The notes beneath the pieces were generated by a model. That model did not search any database and had not been told where the DNA came from. It saw nothing but the letters and a program-made list of their open reading frames with translations. A program made the translations under genes and the position numbers. This document shows positions 13,481 through 27,544 of a DNA stretch of 64,000 nt, piece by piece. Every line of letters begins with the position of its first letter. Position 1 is the first letter of the stretch. Origin of the DNA: Eledone cirrhosa (lineage: Eukaryota); the NCBI GenBank assembly GCA_964016885.1, contig OZ024743.1, positions 243,350,001 through 243,414,000 of the forward strand. Direction: 5' to 3'.

Positions 13481-14959
13481 CCTCCCGTGATATTTTGATA
13501 ACTTTTCTATCGAAAATTATACTTTCTTAACTTCTGACAAAATAGCATGGAAGGCGTGACAAGCTTTTGTTTGGTTTATGAAAATAGAAGGATCAGTCGG
13601 AATTATAGATGTCAAATACGATAGTGCAATGTTTATAATGTCTTTTGAATATAATAGCGGCGTAAATAGTTTGAATTGAGGTCAGCCGCGAATGAAAACC
13701 GAGTTGTACACTTATGGATAATAATAACATTTTAAAAAATTAGTAGACAACTTGTATTTACTGTTGTCAAACTCGAAACTTCGGACAAACTCGAATAAAA
13801 CATACCTGTAAATACAGCAGGGGGAGAAATAAAATAAGATTCTAGTTTATTGTATTTGTTAAAATCGCCAAAATGATTATTTTGCTAATAGCTGAATAAA
13901 CAAAGAATATATTTTCACAACAACTAAATATCAAATATTAATTCCAAGTGAAGAGAGAGTTTTACTGAATACATACATTAAAATCGAGATAGTTCGAACA
14001 GGTGCTGGCAAAGGGAGGTAACTCCAATTTTTTATTAAACGGGAGTTAACTGCAGGAGAGTTTTCCTGTCAACAGTGTTGCGACTGCTGTTGTTTTTTTA
14101 ATAACTGAACTGAAACGAACTTCTTCATAGTTGTCCGATCTGCTAGTAATAACAGATAAATCCCCTTCAAATTATATCTTACCGTCTAAAATAAGAAAAC
14201 AGTATATTGAATAATGTAGTTCGAGATACGACGAAAAGAAAAACAAAACCTGCTGGAATGCCTTTATTATAAGTATACTCAGCCAGAATTGACTTGAGCT
14301 ACAATAACGTGTCTCTGTGTCTGTCAAACAACGATTTCTGACTTATATGCAAAGCTATAAATTTGTCAGAGAAGAATATTAAGATGGATTGAATAGTTTC
14401 CTATGCCTGCCTGGAACTTCTAGTAACTTGGGTCTAGAATCGGTCACCCTCTCCTCTTTCTTTCGTTGCTTAATAATCTTTGCCCTTTCCCTCAAAATAG
14501 TCTTTTGCAATGGTACTTTCTTTCTCTTTGATTGATTTGTTTCTTTTAAATATTTCATATTATATAAATCATGTTTATATTTACATGCAGTATAAATATA
14601 ATAATTGTTTCTACGTTAGGCACAAAGCCAGCAATCACCCAGTGCATTACTGGTACTTTATTGTATCGACCCCGTAAGGATGAAAGGCAAAGTTAACCTT
14701 GGCAGGATTTGAACTCAGAATGGCAAGGGCCGTAATATAAATATAATATAAATATAATAATGAAGAGACGTGAAAGCTACTACGAGGCTGCGTAAAAGTG
14801 AAAACAGATTTATTGGTCTCTGATAAATGAAAGGCAAAGTTATTTTTTTAGTGGCAGGATGTAAACCTAGAATGGATAAAATAAAAATAATTGATGTAAA
14901 GCATTTAAGCTGGTCTTCTACTATTTCTGCCACCTTATGTGTGAAATCAAAGCTTATTC

Positions 14960-15200
14960 TTCCTCCATTTCTGTCACCCTATGTATTTAATTATCAAGTC
15001 TGGTCTTCCATTTCTGTCACCCTATGCATTGAATTATTAAGTCTAGTCTTCCATTTCTGTTACTCTATGTATTGAATTATTAAGTCTGGCCTTTCATTTC
15101 TTTCACCCTATGTATGGAATTAAGTCTGGTCTTCCATTTCTACTGTCCTATGTGTGGAATCAGTCTGATCTTCCGTTTCTACCACTTTATATGTAGAATC
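14960..15200. repeat. Degenerate ~40-bp tandem repeat, about 6 copies
   Basis: Unit aagtctggtcttccatttctgtcaccctatgtattgaattatt. Confidence 0.75.
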
Positions 15201-15310
15201 AGTCATGCCATCTACTATATTTATTGTACCATGCACCGCTCATATTGATTCATTAAAGTATAATCTACACCACCAAATGATTTATTCTAGATATTGAATT
15301 TTATACGAAT

Positions 15311-15988
15311 AGGCTACTTTGCTGGTCCTGGTAAAATAAACAAACATGCTTTTTGAGCTTATTTTACTGGTCCCAGTAAAATAGACCCCCATGCTATTTT
15401 GCCAGTAAATATAAATAGTATCAGTGTTGAGTTTGGGTTAGGGTTATGATGTAAATTGTCTTAATAATTAGTGGTGAAAATAAATAAACTTCTTTGTTAA
15501 ATCTGTGTATTGTTATTTTTAACATGATCTGCCTTCATAATAATTGTTTCTACTTTAGGCTCAAGGCCAGCAATTACCCAGTGCATTACTGGTACTTTAT
15601 TTTATCGACCCCGTAAGGATGAAAGGCAAAGTCAACCTCGGCGGGATTTGAACTCAGATCGTAAAGGGACGTAACTATGCTGGAAAGCATGGCGTCTGAC
15701 CCTCTACCGATACTGCCAATCCACCAATAATGGTTTCTGATTTGGGCTAAAGGCCAACAATTTTGAGAGAGGGAAAAGTCAATGAAATTGACCCCAGTGC
15801 ATTACTGGTGCTTTATTTTATTCACCTCGTAAGGATGAAAGGCAAAGCTAACCTAGGCAGGATTTCCACTCAGACCGTAATGGGTCGCTACTCTATGGTG
15901 CAAAGAATGGTGTCTGATACTCTTACTAGCAAAATGGCCTGGGGGGGGGGGGGGGGGTCTATTTTACCTGGACCTGCAAAATAGCCTC
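15311..15988. mobile_element. TIR element (MITE) with two nested tandem SINEs
   Basis: aggctactttgctggtcctggtaaaataaac at the left is an imperfect inverted repeat of gtctattttacctggacctgcaaaatagcct at the right; SINEs at about 15540-15725 and 15727-15920 (minus). Confidence 0.6.
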
Positions 15989-17709
15989 TTCCAATTTTAT
16001 ATTTAAACCATTCAGATAGCATGTTTAATTTTGAGAACACTCTAGCTGATGAAGCCAAATTAGGTTGAATGGGGATCCCTTTGTGAAACCCACATAGTTT
16101 CTCTTGATGTTATAAGTTGGAAATTATTTAAGTGTACAGCTGAGAATACTTTGTTATATAGAATTAATCATATATTCTATGCAGGACTGTTGCTACCATT
16201 AAGGCCAACTAAACAGAGGTCTAGGGTGCAAACCTGAGAAAGGCACCTTACTGAACGTTAAGATATCACGGTTTTATACAAATTTGTATAATCAACTTAT
16301 ATTAAATAATTTCCTGTGATCAATAAATATATCACTAAACATGTTTACTGCATAGCAGTGTTGTGGAAATATCCAAACAGGTGATGAAGGCTGTGTGGCG
16401 TTGTGACCTAATCCCTGATATGGCGTTGTTGAGTGTGGACTATGAAGTTAAAAATACAGGCTCGGTAATTTTCTTATTCTAGTCAGAGCAAGAAGTGTCA
16501 AAAACTAGGACTGTCAGTTTACCAAACTGAAGTTGAAATTGGAAGAATGGGGTGCATAACTGAGAGAATGGGCATACATAGGATGGCTAGCTTGGGGGAA
16601 TAAATGTCCAGGTGCTAGACCTAACTCTGTGATAAAATGCCCAGGTGCAAGACCTAACTCTGTGATTTTAAAAAATAAAAAAAACTTTTCTATTTCTCGA
16701 AAGAAAGACGCTTCGAAACTTCAGGAAATTCTTCCAATGGTAAATGAACTTTAAAAAAAATAATCAGTTCAGCAGAGTGCAAGGGAATTAACTCTTCTTT
16801 ACTCTTCATATCACAATAACGGTAAAAGATAGTTTTTGTTAACGAAATAAAAAGGAATGAAGTGATTTTTGTTACGACGTCTCCTAACCAATGGTTAATC
16901 ATTCTATCAGAAGGGGGTTTGTGCATAACTTTCAGGACATTTTCTGGATGGTTTCGAATTTAGATACAAGGCCAACAATTTTGAGAGGAAAGGAGTAAGT
17001 CGATTATATTGTCCTAATATTTTACTGGTACTTTATTTTATTGACCCTGAAAGAAAGGTAAAATTGACATCATCAGGATTTTAACTCAGAACATAAAGAG
17101 TTGTAACTAAATGCTGCAAAGCATTTTATCTGACGTTCTAAGGAGTCTACCAATCCACCACTCAAGAAATCCTCCTCATTATCATCATTTTACATTCCTT
17201 TTCCATACTGGCATGGGTTGGACAGGTTGTCACTGTCCGAGACCAGATGGATCAGAGACCTCATCATTATATGTTCCAGATTTGGCATGATTTCTATGAT
17301 CAGATTCCCATCCTAACACCAACCCCTTTACTGAGTGTACTGAGTTAGTTTTATCTTGACACTGACACTAACACTTTACAGATTGGACTGGGTGCATTTT
17401 ATCATGGTTGTCACATGCTTTGCTTGACTGAATAGTTCTTTAAATTTTAAAATAAGAGAGAATTTGGAAAGATCTAGTAATATAACTTTCTCAATGATAG
17501 GATTGTGTTTGGAACATTATTTAACAAAGGTTCTTAAATAAAATTATGATGGAAGGTTTTTAGGTAAACACTTTAAAAAAACGTTTTTGTATCATAGAAC
17601 CAACAGTCTTTTCTGGTGGATCAATATGAAAAAGGTTAATGTAATCCTCCTCAGACAGAATCAGTATGACAAAAGGCTTAACCTCTGAATTATAAGTACA
17701 GACCATTAA

Positions 17710-17995
17710 TTTTCACACTCAGAGTTGCTGAAGCATGGAACAAACTACCTGCATCAGTTCTTAGCTGTTGGGACACTGCATCCTTCAAAACTTCCATGCT
17801 TTCTGAAATTCGCCAATATTACACCTAATATCCCCCCCTCCATACACACGCACACATGTCTGTGTGTATATCATGACTCATACACTGTTCACTTTCCTGA
17901 CATTTGTACATTATTCTATGTACTATACATGCACCTTTGATGAGTTGTAGTGCACCTGAGCATTGTACACAATAATTTTCATTATTATTATTATT
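17710..17995 (+). mobile_element. 3' fragment of the CR1/L2-like LINE
   Basis: Matches about 11665-11940. Confidence 0.85.
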
Positions 17996-18074
17996 TCCAC
18001 AAGTGTCCCTCAAAAGTGCCCATTTGTACCATCCTGTGCTGTCCTTAATGTTATACTTTATGTCAACCCTTGTG

Positions 18075-18460
18075 ACAGTATCGGTAGAGGGTCGGATACC
18101 ATGTTTTGCAGCATGGAGTTATGGCCCTTTGTGGTCTGAGTTCAAATCCCACCAAAGTTAACTTTGCCTTTCATCCTTACGGGGTCAATAAAATAAAGTA
18201 CTAATAATGAACTGGGGTAATTGTTGGCCTTGTGCCCAAAGTAGAGATAATTATTATTAGAGAGCGGTGGATTGGCAGTATCGGTAGAGGGTCGGATGCC
18301 ATACTTTGACGCATAGTTACGGCCCTTGCCATTCTGAGTTCAAATTCCACCGAGGTTAACTTTGCCTTTCATCCTTATGGGGTCGATAAAATAAAGTACC
18401 AGTAATCCACTGCATAATTGCTGGTCTTGTGCCAAAAGTAGAAACAATTATTATTATTAA
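18075..18460 (+). mobile_element. Two head-to-tail tRNA-derived SINEs (family 1, more than 12 copies in window)
   Basis: A box TGGCAGTATCGG, B box GAGTTCAAAT(T/C)C, core GCCTTTCATCCTTACGGGGTCGATAAAATAAAGTACC, (ATT)n tail. Other copies near 2120, 14600, 16950, 19070, 22555, 28500, 32700, 32907, 33980, 41680, 42077, 43707. Confidence 0.85.
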
Positions 18461-18704
18461 CATTTGAATTACAGGTAAAGCCCATTAATCAGCATGACAC
18501 AGAATGTGATAAAGCCATAGAATATGACACTTGCTTATGATTCCACATAGTGTGACTGAACTCAGAACCCCATGATTGTCAGTTTCCTAACCAATTAACC
18601 ATACACACTTCATAGATTATTCAATCAAAACAAAATAACAATGGTGCAAAATTTAAGATTTATTACCAACAGTAGTGAAAAGATAAAACAGTTTTTTACA
18701 CATC

Positions 18705-18737
<33 letters not shown>

Positions 18738-18772
18738 CACATACACACATGCATGCATATATATATTATGTG

Positions 18773-18817
<45 letters not shown>

Positions 18818-19311
18818 ATTTGTTTATTTTGTCTTTGTTTATTTTGTCTTTTCAAATTAATAAAACATTTATACAATTTATTATAAAAAGATGATTTTTG
18901 ATTTGTAACTATGTCAATTTCAATATACTTTTTTCCCAACTACAAGGTCAATTCTTTGTAAGAGGGATGTTTATTACTGGTATTATTTGATCATTCCCAG
19001 GAGGAAAGATAAAAGATGAAATTAATCCAGGTGGTAAGGCATTCTCTCCTACTTTTAACCAATCTTAATATATTGGTTTCTTTGGGCGAGGCACTTTTGA
19101 AATTATCAATCACCGAGGGATGAAATGCCAAGTCAAACCCAGTGGGGATTTGACCTCAGAATGTAGAGGAACAAAATGAAATACTGTAAAGCATTCCAAT
19201 CTGATACTCTTTTATTTCCACCAACTGACTGATCAAGTCAGTCAGAATATATTCAGTGGAGATCAGATCAAAACAACATTATAAATAAGTATCCAATATG
19301 CAATGGTTTTG

Positions 19312-20023
19312 CTATAACAATTTCGGCATCTGCTTTAATTTCGCTATATCTAGTATTCTTTCATTAGCAGAAGAATTTCCAAGATCTCCTTCAGGAACTG
19401 GAGAATGAGTCGGTAAGAATCTTGGTGGATGCAAAGGAGATTGTTTCTTAGGATAAGACTTAAACATGGGTGTTGACTCAGATAAAGGCAAAAATTTTTC
19501 CTGAATATTTTGAAAGGGTTTCCTAACATTTAATCTGCTTTCGGCTAAATTTTGTCTCACTTCTTTCGGTCTTTCAAACATATTTTCAGAGGAATTTGAG
19601 ATTTGATGTGAATTAGTATTTTTAGGATGTGGATAGTTGGATGAAAAATTAATTGTCTCATCTTTGAGTAAAGTACTTTTATTTTTGCTGTCTGATTCTT
19701 CAATTAAGTGATGCTTTTCCATATACTTTCGAGTTGCAAATGTCAAATCATTTACAGACATGCCATATTTGCTAATATCTGGACTGCTTGAGTCGAGGCC
19801 ATAACGCATTATTTGACATAAGAAATTCTTATTGTTAGCCCTGGCTGTTGCCTGAGAGTTACTTTGACTGCGTAGTTTAGCCATCTGTGTTAGTTGCTCA
19901 TCTTTCAGGTACTTCAGAGCCATACCATTGATTTCCATTGAAGTTTCTGTATCTGATTCCAATAACATGGAAATATAATTGATTTTAGGAAGCAATGTAC
20001 AATCCACTGAATTGAAGCCAGAA
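19312..20023 (-). CDS. STIL: STIL last coding exon (STAN domain and C-terminal TIM motif)
   Basis: Acceptor tttcAG; LLPKINYISM...SMEINGMALKYLKDEQLTQM...LTFATRKYMEKHHLI (STAN); ends ILDIAKLKQMPKLL-stop (cf. FLDVKRLRQLPKLF). Confidence 0.95.
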
Positions 20024-21119
20024 CTGAAATAAAGGAGAAAAGTAATGAATATTCCATCACCACCACCACCACCATCTCCACCACAATTTGAGGACGATTT
20101 TGCTTCTTTTACTTTTGTCAAGTATCCTCATAACAGCTTTCTATTCATGTATGTAGTGGCATGTGTATGCAGACTTGTATTCAAATGTCACACACTCAGC
20201 CAACTGTCATATCTCTAGAAGAGTTGTTAGTTGTGTCAAGGGCATAATGATCTTCCTAGTGCTGGTGCCCCAATAACATGCACTCAGTACACCCTGTAAA
20301 GTGTTTGGTGTAGGGAAGGGAATTCAGCTGTAGATACCATGTCAAAACCACAATGTATATATTCAAGACAAGCTTACCAGCCCATCTGGGAGGTCAGTAG
20401 CTCCAAGTACAGAATTGGTTTGTGACGATCTGTTCAACCCATGCCAGCATGAAGAAACAGATGTTAAATGATGATTATAAATATATCTGTTAAGCCTATG
20501 TAAAATATCATCCTCATTATTATTATTACTAGCTGGCTCCGTGTTGTCAAAAATGACAACTAATCGTAGTATTTTATATATAAAAAGGGTACAGAACCAA
20601 GTTATTAGTTTAATAATTATTTTATTACAAACTTTTTTGTGGATAAACTATCTACAACTAACATAGATAACTAAGATATCTTGGTGTGTATGAGTATATA
20701 AATGCAGAAACACACAAACATTCACACAAGTATAAATATATTCACAATAATAATAGCCAATTAGCTGCACATATACACACACACAAGTGTGGTGAATCTT
20801 AAAATGCTGGTTATTGTTTTCTATAGTTTGTCACCACCCCTTACTTCTCAGTCATCTCCATTTCAGTGACTAACGGACAAATATATAAATAAATATATAT
20901 ACACACATTTGCTATTATTATAGTTGATTAAAACAATAGTATAATCATGCAAATTCAACCTTGTCCAGTACTGTCTCACCAAATCAACCTGAGAACTACA
21001 TTAATTTCAAGAAGAAGCTGTTCTATTGTTCGAAAAACTGGAACACTCGCTATCAGAACTGACAGAGGTTCAACATTAACAAATTATGAGGATTCTTAAT
21101 AAACAAATATATTGCTTAC

Positions 21120-21247
21120 CATAAATAGGATGTATTGTTTGAAATGAAACTCTCTTTATCAGGATTGGTTGTAGTAGATTCCTTCTCTTCTTCAATCTTT
21201 TCAGTTTCTGCTGGAGATTCTTGCTGCAGCAATTCCTTAACATATTT
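21120..21247 (-). CDS. STIL: STIL exon
   Basis: ttcAG/GTAAG borders, 128 nt, phase 0 to 2; KYVKELLQQESPAETEKIEEEKES...SYL. Confidence 0.85.
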
Positions 21248-22030
21248 CTGAATTGAAAAATGTAAAAATCATTTAAATTTTAAGAATGTGATTTAAGGGT
21301 TCTGACTGCTATTTCTAGCAAGTTGAGTGATTGTGAAAAGGCTCCTTGTTGGCTTGTGTACTACAGTATCTGGGATTGATGGGGGGATGTGACTAAAATA
21401 ATTGCAGTGTGTGCTTTTTAAAGGCAAGCATTGAAGTCTTGTCTAAAAATGTCAGTACTTTATAATAAATCGCTTATCATCATCATTGTTTTATGTCTAT
21501 TGTCCATAGTAGATCATCTTGATCATATGTTCTGTATTTGCCATGGTTACTATGGTTGGATGCCCTTCCTAACGTCAACCCCCCTTACAAAGTGTATTGG
21601 GTGCATGTTATTGTGAGACCAGCTTTGCCACTTTACAGAGTCTACAGGGTGTATTTTAATGTGGTACTAGCACTACCACTTTGCAGGGTGTACTGAGTGC
21701 ATTTTATTGTGGCACTAACATAATAAAATCACACAATCACTCACATATTTATAGGAATGTAAACATGTTGATGCCACCTAAGCCCCAAGCATCTTTTAAG
21801 GTCTAGTTTACAAGTATTAAACAAATGAGGAGTAAATTTATTGGCTAGGATGCTAGTCTCTCTTGAATAATATTTCTAACTGATCAAGTACGTTTCTCAT
21901 AGCTATGTGATTTGAAGCAATGTAGAATTAAGTATACAACTCAAATACATGACAAAATGCCTGCAATTGATTTGAACAGTAAACCTTTCACTCAACCATT
22001 TACAATAAAAGAAAAGAATGTCAAACTTAC

Positions 22031-22120
22031 AATAAGACCATCATAATATTCTTTATTTTTTATAGTTCCTGGTAACTCTTCTGCAGGCTCTTCTTCACAA
22101 TCTTCATCTATTGCTCCACT
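22031..22120 (-). CDS. STIL: STIL exon
   Basis: cttAG/GTAAG borders, 90 nt; SGAIDEDCEEEPAEELPGTIKNKEYYDGLI. Confidence 0.82.
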
Positions 22121-22835
22121 CTAAGAAATACCACAATAAGAAGCTTTTGTTAGTAGAGGCATGACAATAACACAATACATGACAATATATGACAACAATG
22201 GCACCTGACAATAACAACAACACATAACAACAGAAGACAACAACAACAATACAAAACACATAAAATCGCCTCTCCACCTCAAAGGATGATAGCAAACTCT
22301 CCTAAAACTATACAAAGTTTCTAACTTTTTCCTTACAATGTACAGGTGTTTTAAGGCCATAACATACAGGAATCAGTGTACCTATTCTAACTGGATATAC
22401 ACAGAGATACATTAGTGTCATACAGCATTTCTTGGGTATTTTTTAAACATGGCAGAGCCCATACCATCTCTATATCTAACACAGCCTATTTCTTCCAAAG
22501 AAGAAGAAGAGAGGGTGGTAGAGAGAAGTGAGAAAGAGATATAGAGGAAGAAATGACCCCAGTACTAGACTGGTACTTTTTTATCAACTTCAAAAGGATG
22601 AAAGGCAATGTTGACCTTGGTGAGATTTGAACTCAGAGTCCAGAGAACCAGAACAAATACCACAAAGCATTCTATCCAACATTCTAACGACACTACCAAT
22701 TCAATGCCAACACAACCTTATATATATAGGGTAAATAAATGGAAAGTTAAAGTTTACAAAAATATAATTAAATATATACAACTACGATAAGTATGACAAA
22801 TATTTCAAATTGATAATAATATTAGGAAAACTCAC

Positions 22836-22917
22836 CGAAGTTCTTTTGGCACACATGCTGGCACTCACTAAACTGTTGGCAGAATCACAGGTTTTCACTT
22901 CTTCATGGTCTGCAGAC
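22836..22917 (-). CDS. STIL: STIL exon
   Basis: ttttAG/GTGAG borders, 82 nt, phase 2 to 0; SADHEEVKTCDSANSLVSASMCAKRTS. Confidence 0.8.
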
Positions 22918-22964
22918 CTAAAATTCAATAATTAACTTCATCCTTTAAGAAGGCATGTAAACTA

Positions 22965-23740
22965 CTAATTTGTGTTTAAGAGTCACAGAACAGGGATCCA
23001 TATGCACCAAATTCTTCAGGAAGGATGCCTGCAGAGACATTTTTGTGCATCATGACTACAGAGCCCTTCACTACAGAGCCAAAATGGCCTATATACAGAA
23101 TGAGATCTCTCAGATACACAACAGATGTAGCAAGAGTAATGACAGACATACCAGCACAGTGGATTCCAAAGAATTCTCACCAAAAACGGTTAACCTACTT
23201 CTCTCACCAAACATCGACATGCCAAAGCAGCAGCACACAAAAGAAAAAGGACACGTGCCCCTTAGAATAACATTTGCTACCTAAAGCTGCCACATTTCAA
23301 TGAGAAGATGACAGTTGCCATCAGTCAATCCATCTGTAGGGGAGAACTGGATAAATATATGGCTGACACGTTTGGGACCCTCTTTGAGGAGACTGCTCGA
23401 CAGACACCAACAAACATACAGAGATATATGCACACTTCTTGATGGTCTTATCAACAATGCAGAAGTGTGTATGAGAGCATATGTGGTCTATAAGATCATG
23501 TGCAAAAAATGCAGCTCCTCATACATCAGAAGTACCATAAGGAGGTTACACATACGGATCAAGGAACACGTGACGAGAGACTCTTCCATTAAAAACATCT
23601 TGACAGATGCCGCAATCAAGAAATTGAGATCAGCATAGAAGCGAGTGAAAGGAATGTGGGAAATTTAAGAATTAAGGAAGCCATTTTAATTAGCCGATTA
23701 AAGGCAGAAATAAATAATAGGCATGAGGCAGAATAGTTAC
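22965..23740 (+). mobile_element. Penelope-like element remnant (RT C-terminus plus GIY-YIG endonuclease)
   Basis: YVVYKIMCKKCSSSYIRSTIRRLHIRIKEH is a GIY-YIG with Cys pair; upstream FFRKDACRDIFVH...; frameshifted. Confidence 0.8.
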
Positions 23741-24039
23741 TATAGCAACCCAGTGCATGTGCATATATTTTCCAACACATACGACCAGTTACAGAAGAAA
23801 GCTCAAATCATTCGTTTGTTTTATCTTGGACTGTTTCCGTCCCACATCTAAAAAGAGGGTAGTAACACTTGAAATATCCTGCAAAAGTACACTGGGTAAA
23901 ACATTACTTTACTTTCTATTGTTTCATTTGCCCTTTGTATTTTCTACTGCTTTTAAAACACTTATCGGTCATTTACAACACATCGCCCAATGCTTCGTAT
24001 TAACTACACTAATATACATATATAAATATATATATATGT

Positions 24040-26770
24040 ATCATCATCATCATCATCATCGTTTAACGTCCATGTTCCACACTTGCATGGGTTTGGACGG
24101 AAGTTTTCCCACTTGAGGCAAGAGGGTTGTCTTGCTCGCATAGGACTGTCTGGCGGGTTTTCTACAGCTGGATGCCCTTCCTAACACCAACCATATTTAC
24201 AGTGTGGGACTGGGAGGTTTTTACCGTGCTACCTACACGGCCACATTACAGCGTGGACTGTGTGTTTTTTTGTTGTGACACCTACATGACCTCATTTGTT
24301 TCGGCCTGGATGCTGTGGCACCAACATAACTTTACATTGAAAGGGGCGGTGTGGATGGGGTGGGGGTGGTGGGACGGGGGTGTATTTTGTTAGAGGTGCC
24401 TACTGGCTGTAGTAGGTTTTACTTTGTATTTAGGTAAGGCGGGTCTTATCTATTACTGAGTACCGCCAAAGATCTCGGTCCAGTGACATTGTCTTGGAGA
24501 GGTGTAAGTGTGTGAGGTCGGAATTTATCAGGTCGTCCCAGGTTTTTCTGGGTCTGCCTACTCCGTGGCTACCGTCTATCTTTTTTATACAGCTGTCGTC
24601 TTTCATGCGCATCACGTGACCATACCAACGTAGCCTTCTCTCGAGTAAACAACATCTGATCCCTCTTATTTCTAATTTTTCCCTTAGTTCGTTTATGCTT
24701 TGCTGTTCACGTATATTACTATTACACATCCAGCGGAGCATGCAAGCTTCGTTCCTCTCTAGTCTGCGTATATCCTCTGCACCCAATGCCCAGGTCTCAC
24801 TGCCATGCAACATTGCTGTTCGTATGCAGGCATCATACAACCTGCCTTTCATTTTTAGGGAAAACCCTTTAGCAGCTAATAGTGGTATAAGCTCTCTGAA
24901 CTTTTTCCATCCAGTTCTGACTCTAGCTACTGTACTTTCAGAGCACCCTCCCGCACTGCTGATTTTGTCACCCAGGTAACGGAAGCTGTCCACTATTTCT
25001 ATAGAACCCTCTGCGCAATTGAAAGAGCTAGTATTTTCTGGGCACTTGCTGCTACTTATTGCACCAGAGCACCGGCCACATGTAAAATCTATGTTCTTAG
25101 TTAGCTTACCTGTGATCCCACTACAACTTTTATGCACCCATACTTTGCATTTGGGACATAAAATGGAGTTTCTACCTACGCCTTTCCTACACACTGAGCA
25201 TGGCCATTTCCCGGAAGGGACCGGCGCTTTATTTTCTTTCCTACAAACTAGAACTTTAGTCTTAGCCAGGTTAATTTTAAGGCCTTTTGATTCTAGGCCG
25301 TGCTTCCATGTTTGGAATTTCTTCTCTAGTTCGGCCATTGATTCAGCTATGAGCGTTAGATCATCTGCGTATAGGAGTTCCCATGGGCAGCCGATCTTGA
25401 ACTCCACTGTTGTAGCCTGAAGGGCAATAATAAATAGTAGGGGGCTAAGAACAGAGCCCTGATGAACACCAACTTTTACGCTAAACTCTTCACTATATTC
25501 GTTGTTAATTCTAACCTTGCTGACTGTTTCTTTATACATGGCTTGTATAGCTCTCACAAGCCATTCATCAACACCTAGTTTTCTAAGAGCCCACCAGATA
25601 ATGGAACGGGGGACTCTGTCGAAGGCTTTCTCCAAGTCGACAAAAGCTAAGTATAGGGGTTTACTTTTAGCTAGGTACTTCTGTAGTTGTCGTACAATGA
25701 AAAGAGCGTCTGTGGTACTTTTGCCTGACACAAACCCGAACTGCATTTCATCTAGATCAATTCTCTCTCTGATTAGTTGCGCTATTACTTTTTCCGTGAC
25801 CTTCATGACCTGGTCGATTAATTTAATGCCTCTATAGTTACTCCTATCTAGGGCATCTCCTTTACCCTTGTAACAGTTAATGATGATGCTGCTACGCCAG
25901 TCCTTCGGAACAACCCCATTCTGTATGACTTGGTTTACTATCCGGGTGACCATGGTGTGTCCCACCGTTCCAGAGGCTTTCAACATCTCAGCAACTATTT
26001 CCGAAGGCCCAGCCGCCTTACCCGTCTTCATATCTTTGATTGCCTTACTTATTATACTACCTTCGACTAACACTGCTGGTCCCTCTATTGGGTCGATGTG
26101 GGGGAGACTGTCTTTCTCCCATTTATTCTCCTCATTTAGTAGCCTTTCGTAGTGACACTTCCAAGCTACCTTCTTATCAGCGTCAGTGATGGCAAGTACG
26201 CCATCATCATTAAGTACACACTTCTCCCCGACAATATCACGGTTTTCCTTGACACATTGCCTAGCAATCCTGAACACCTCACGTTTTTGGTCCTCACGTT
26301 GTAGAACATGCTTGAACTTTCTTTCCTCTGCTTCCCTTCTTGCGAAGTACACTTGTCTCCTAGCTTCCCTCCTGGCCACTTGATAGTCTTCTCTACTTCC
26401 CCCATCTCGCCATACTTTCCAAGCCTGCTTTTTGGCCTTAATTGACTCCTCCACCTTACTGTTCCACCACCATGTTACTCTCCTCCTGCCTACAGGCCTG
26501 CTCCAGCCACAGACTTCATCTGCCGCCATCAGCAGGTTTGCTTTCAGGAATTCCCACTGTTCCTCTATATTGTACGACTCTAATTGCTCTTCCTTACTGT
26601 CGAAAGCATCAAGTAATATGCTTTTAAATTTATTTCTGGATGTGGGGTCCTTTAGCTTCCATATTTTTCTCCTGAGGATAGTCCTCTTCTGCTGTCTAGT
26701 ACGTCTCGTCCTGACTATGAGGTCGCTAATTATCAGTCTATGTTGGGAGGTGCATTCTTCCTTCATGGGG
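24040..26770 (-). mobile_element. 5'-truncated RTE LINE (copy B) with an uninterrupted ~780-aa frame
   Basis: ORF 24430..26820: NYRGIKL, FVDLEKAFD, GVHQGSVLSPLLF, YADD, C4HC3 finger, RLRWYGHVMR; 3'UTR with (GAT)n tail; starts at the end of the EN domain. Confidence 0.95.
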
Positions 26771-26805
26771 GAGGGATTGTATATATACATACGCACACAA
26801 ACACA

Positions 26806-27050
26806 CATCATCATCATCATTTTACGTCTACTCTTCCATGCTTACATGAGTCCTTTTGAGCACAGCATCTCTCCACTCGTCGCAATCCTTTACCATGCAC
26901 ACACACATGGTTTCTACAGCTGGATACCCTTCCTGAAACCAAACATTTTACAAAGTCTATCAGATGCATTTCATCATGGCACCAGAAAGTTGTCATGTCC
27001 TTGATACAACTGAAGAGCCCTCTCAACATTTTGCTTGGCATGCTTTCTAA
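26806..27050 (-). mobile_element. RTE-tail-related short element
   Basis: (CAT)n plus tttctacagctggatacccttcct motif; similar pieces near 11990-12460, 17180, 20260, 21480, 41325, 44600, 45500, 46030. Confidence 0.6.
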
Positions 27051-27376
27051 AACTAGACAGCACCAACACTGGAGAGTTTGTTGTCTGATATTATAAATAG
27101 AAGGTAGAGAGGAGCAAGGTATACATGGCAGAGTAGTGGACCAGATGTCCTACAGCATTTCATTTTGTGCATTATGTTTTAAGTTTAAATCCTACCACTG
27201 TGAACTTTACTATTGACCCTTGTACACACATCAATCATGTACTGGAGTTAACTGATTATACCTACACACAAACACACATCAATAGGTCCTGGAGCTAAAT
27301 GAAGTAATTATACACTTCACCTAAAAATCAGTCTTGTGTCAATGTATGGAAAAACTATTATAAGAATACACTATAC

Positions 27377-27544
27377 CTGGATAACGATGTATGATAACTG
27401 GGTAGATCCAAAACTAAATCGGAATGGAAGCTTTCGACAGACTTCTGGTTGACAGAGAGACACTGGGCAACAGCAGAGAAGTCTCCATGGGAAAATTCTG
27501 TTGTGGCTAGATTATAGGAACCATCAGTTTCATGATGTGGAGAC
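27377..27544 (-). CDS. STIL: STIL exon
   Basis: T-rich tract plus AG, donor AG|GTATA, 168 nt, phase 2 to 2; SPHHETDGSYNLATTEF...LDLPSYHTSLS. Confidence 0.82.

Noticed and set aside
13811-13822. aatacagcaggg match to the 98-bp monomer sub-repeat
   Set aside because: Single 12-bp match with no extension; could be chance.
16040-16105. Hammerhead ribozyme (CTGATGA...GAAAC)
   Set aside because: Stems I and II do not pair convincingly.
18263-18350. tRNA gene
   Set aside because: A/B boxes run into a SINE core and (ATT)n tail, many diverged copies exist, and no clean cloverleaf forms.
20024-20121. N-terminal part of ORF 19312..20121 as an independent gene start
   Set aside because: Lies upstream of a strong acceptor at 20024; intron read-through of the STIL last exon.
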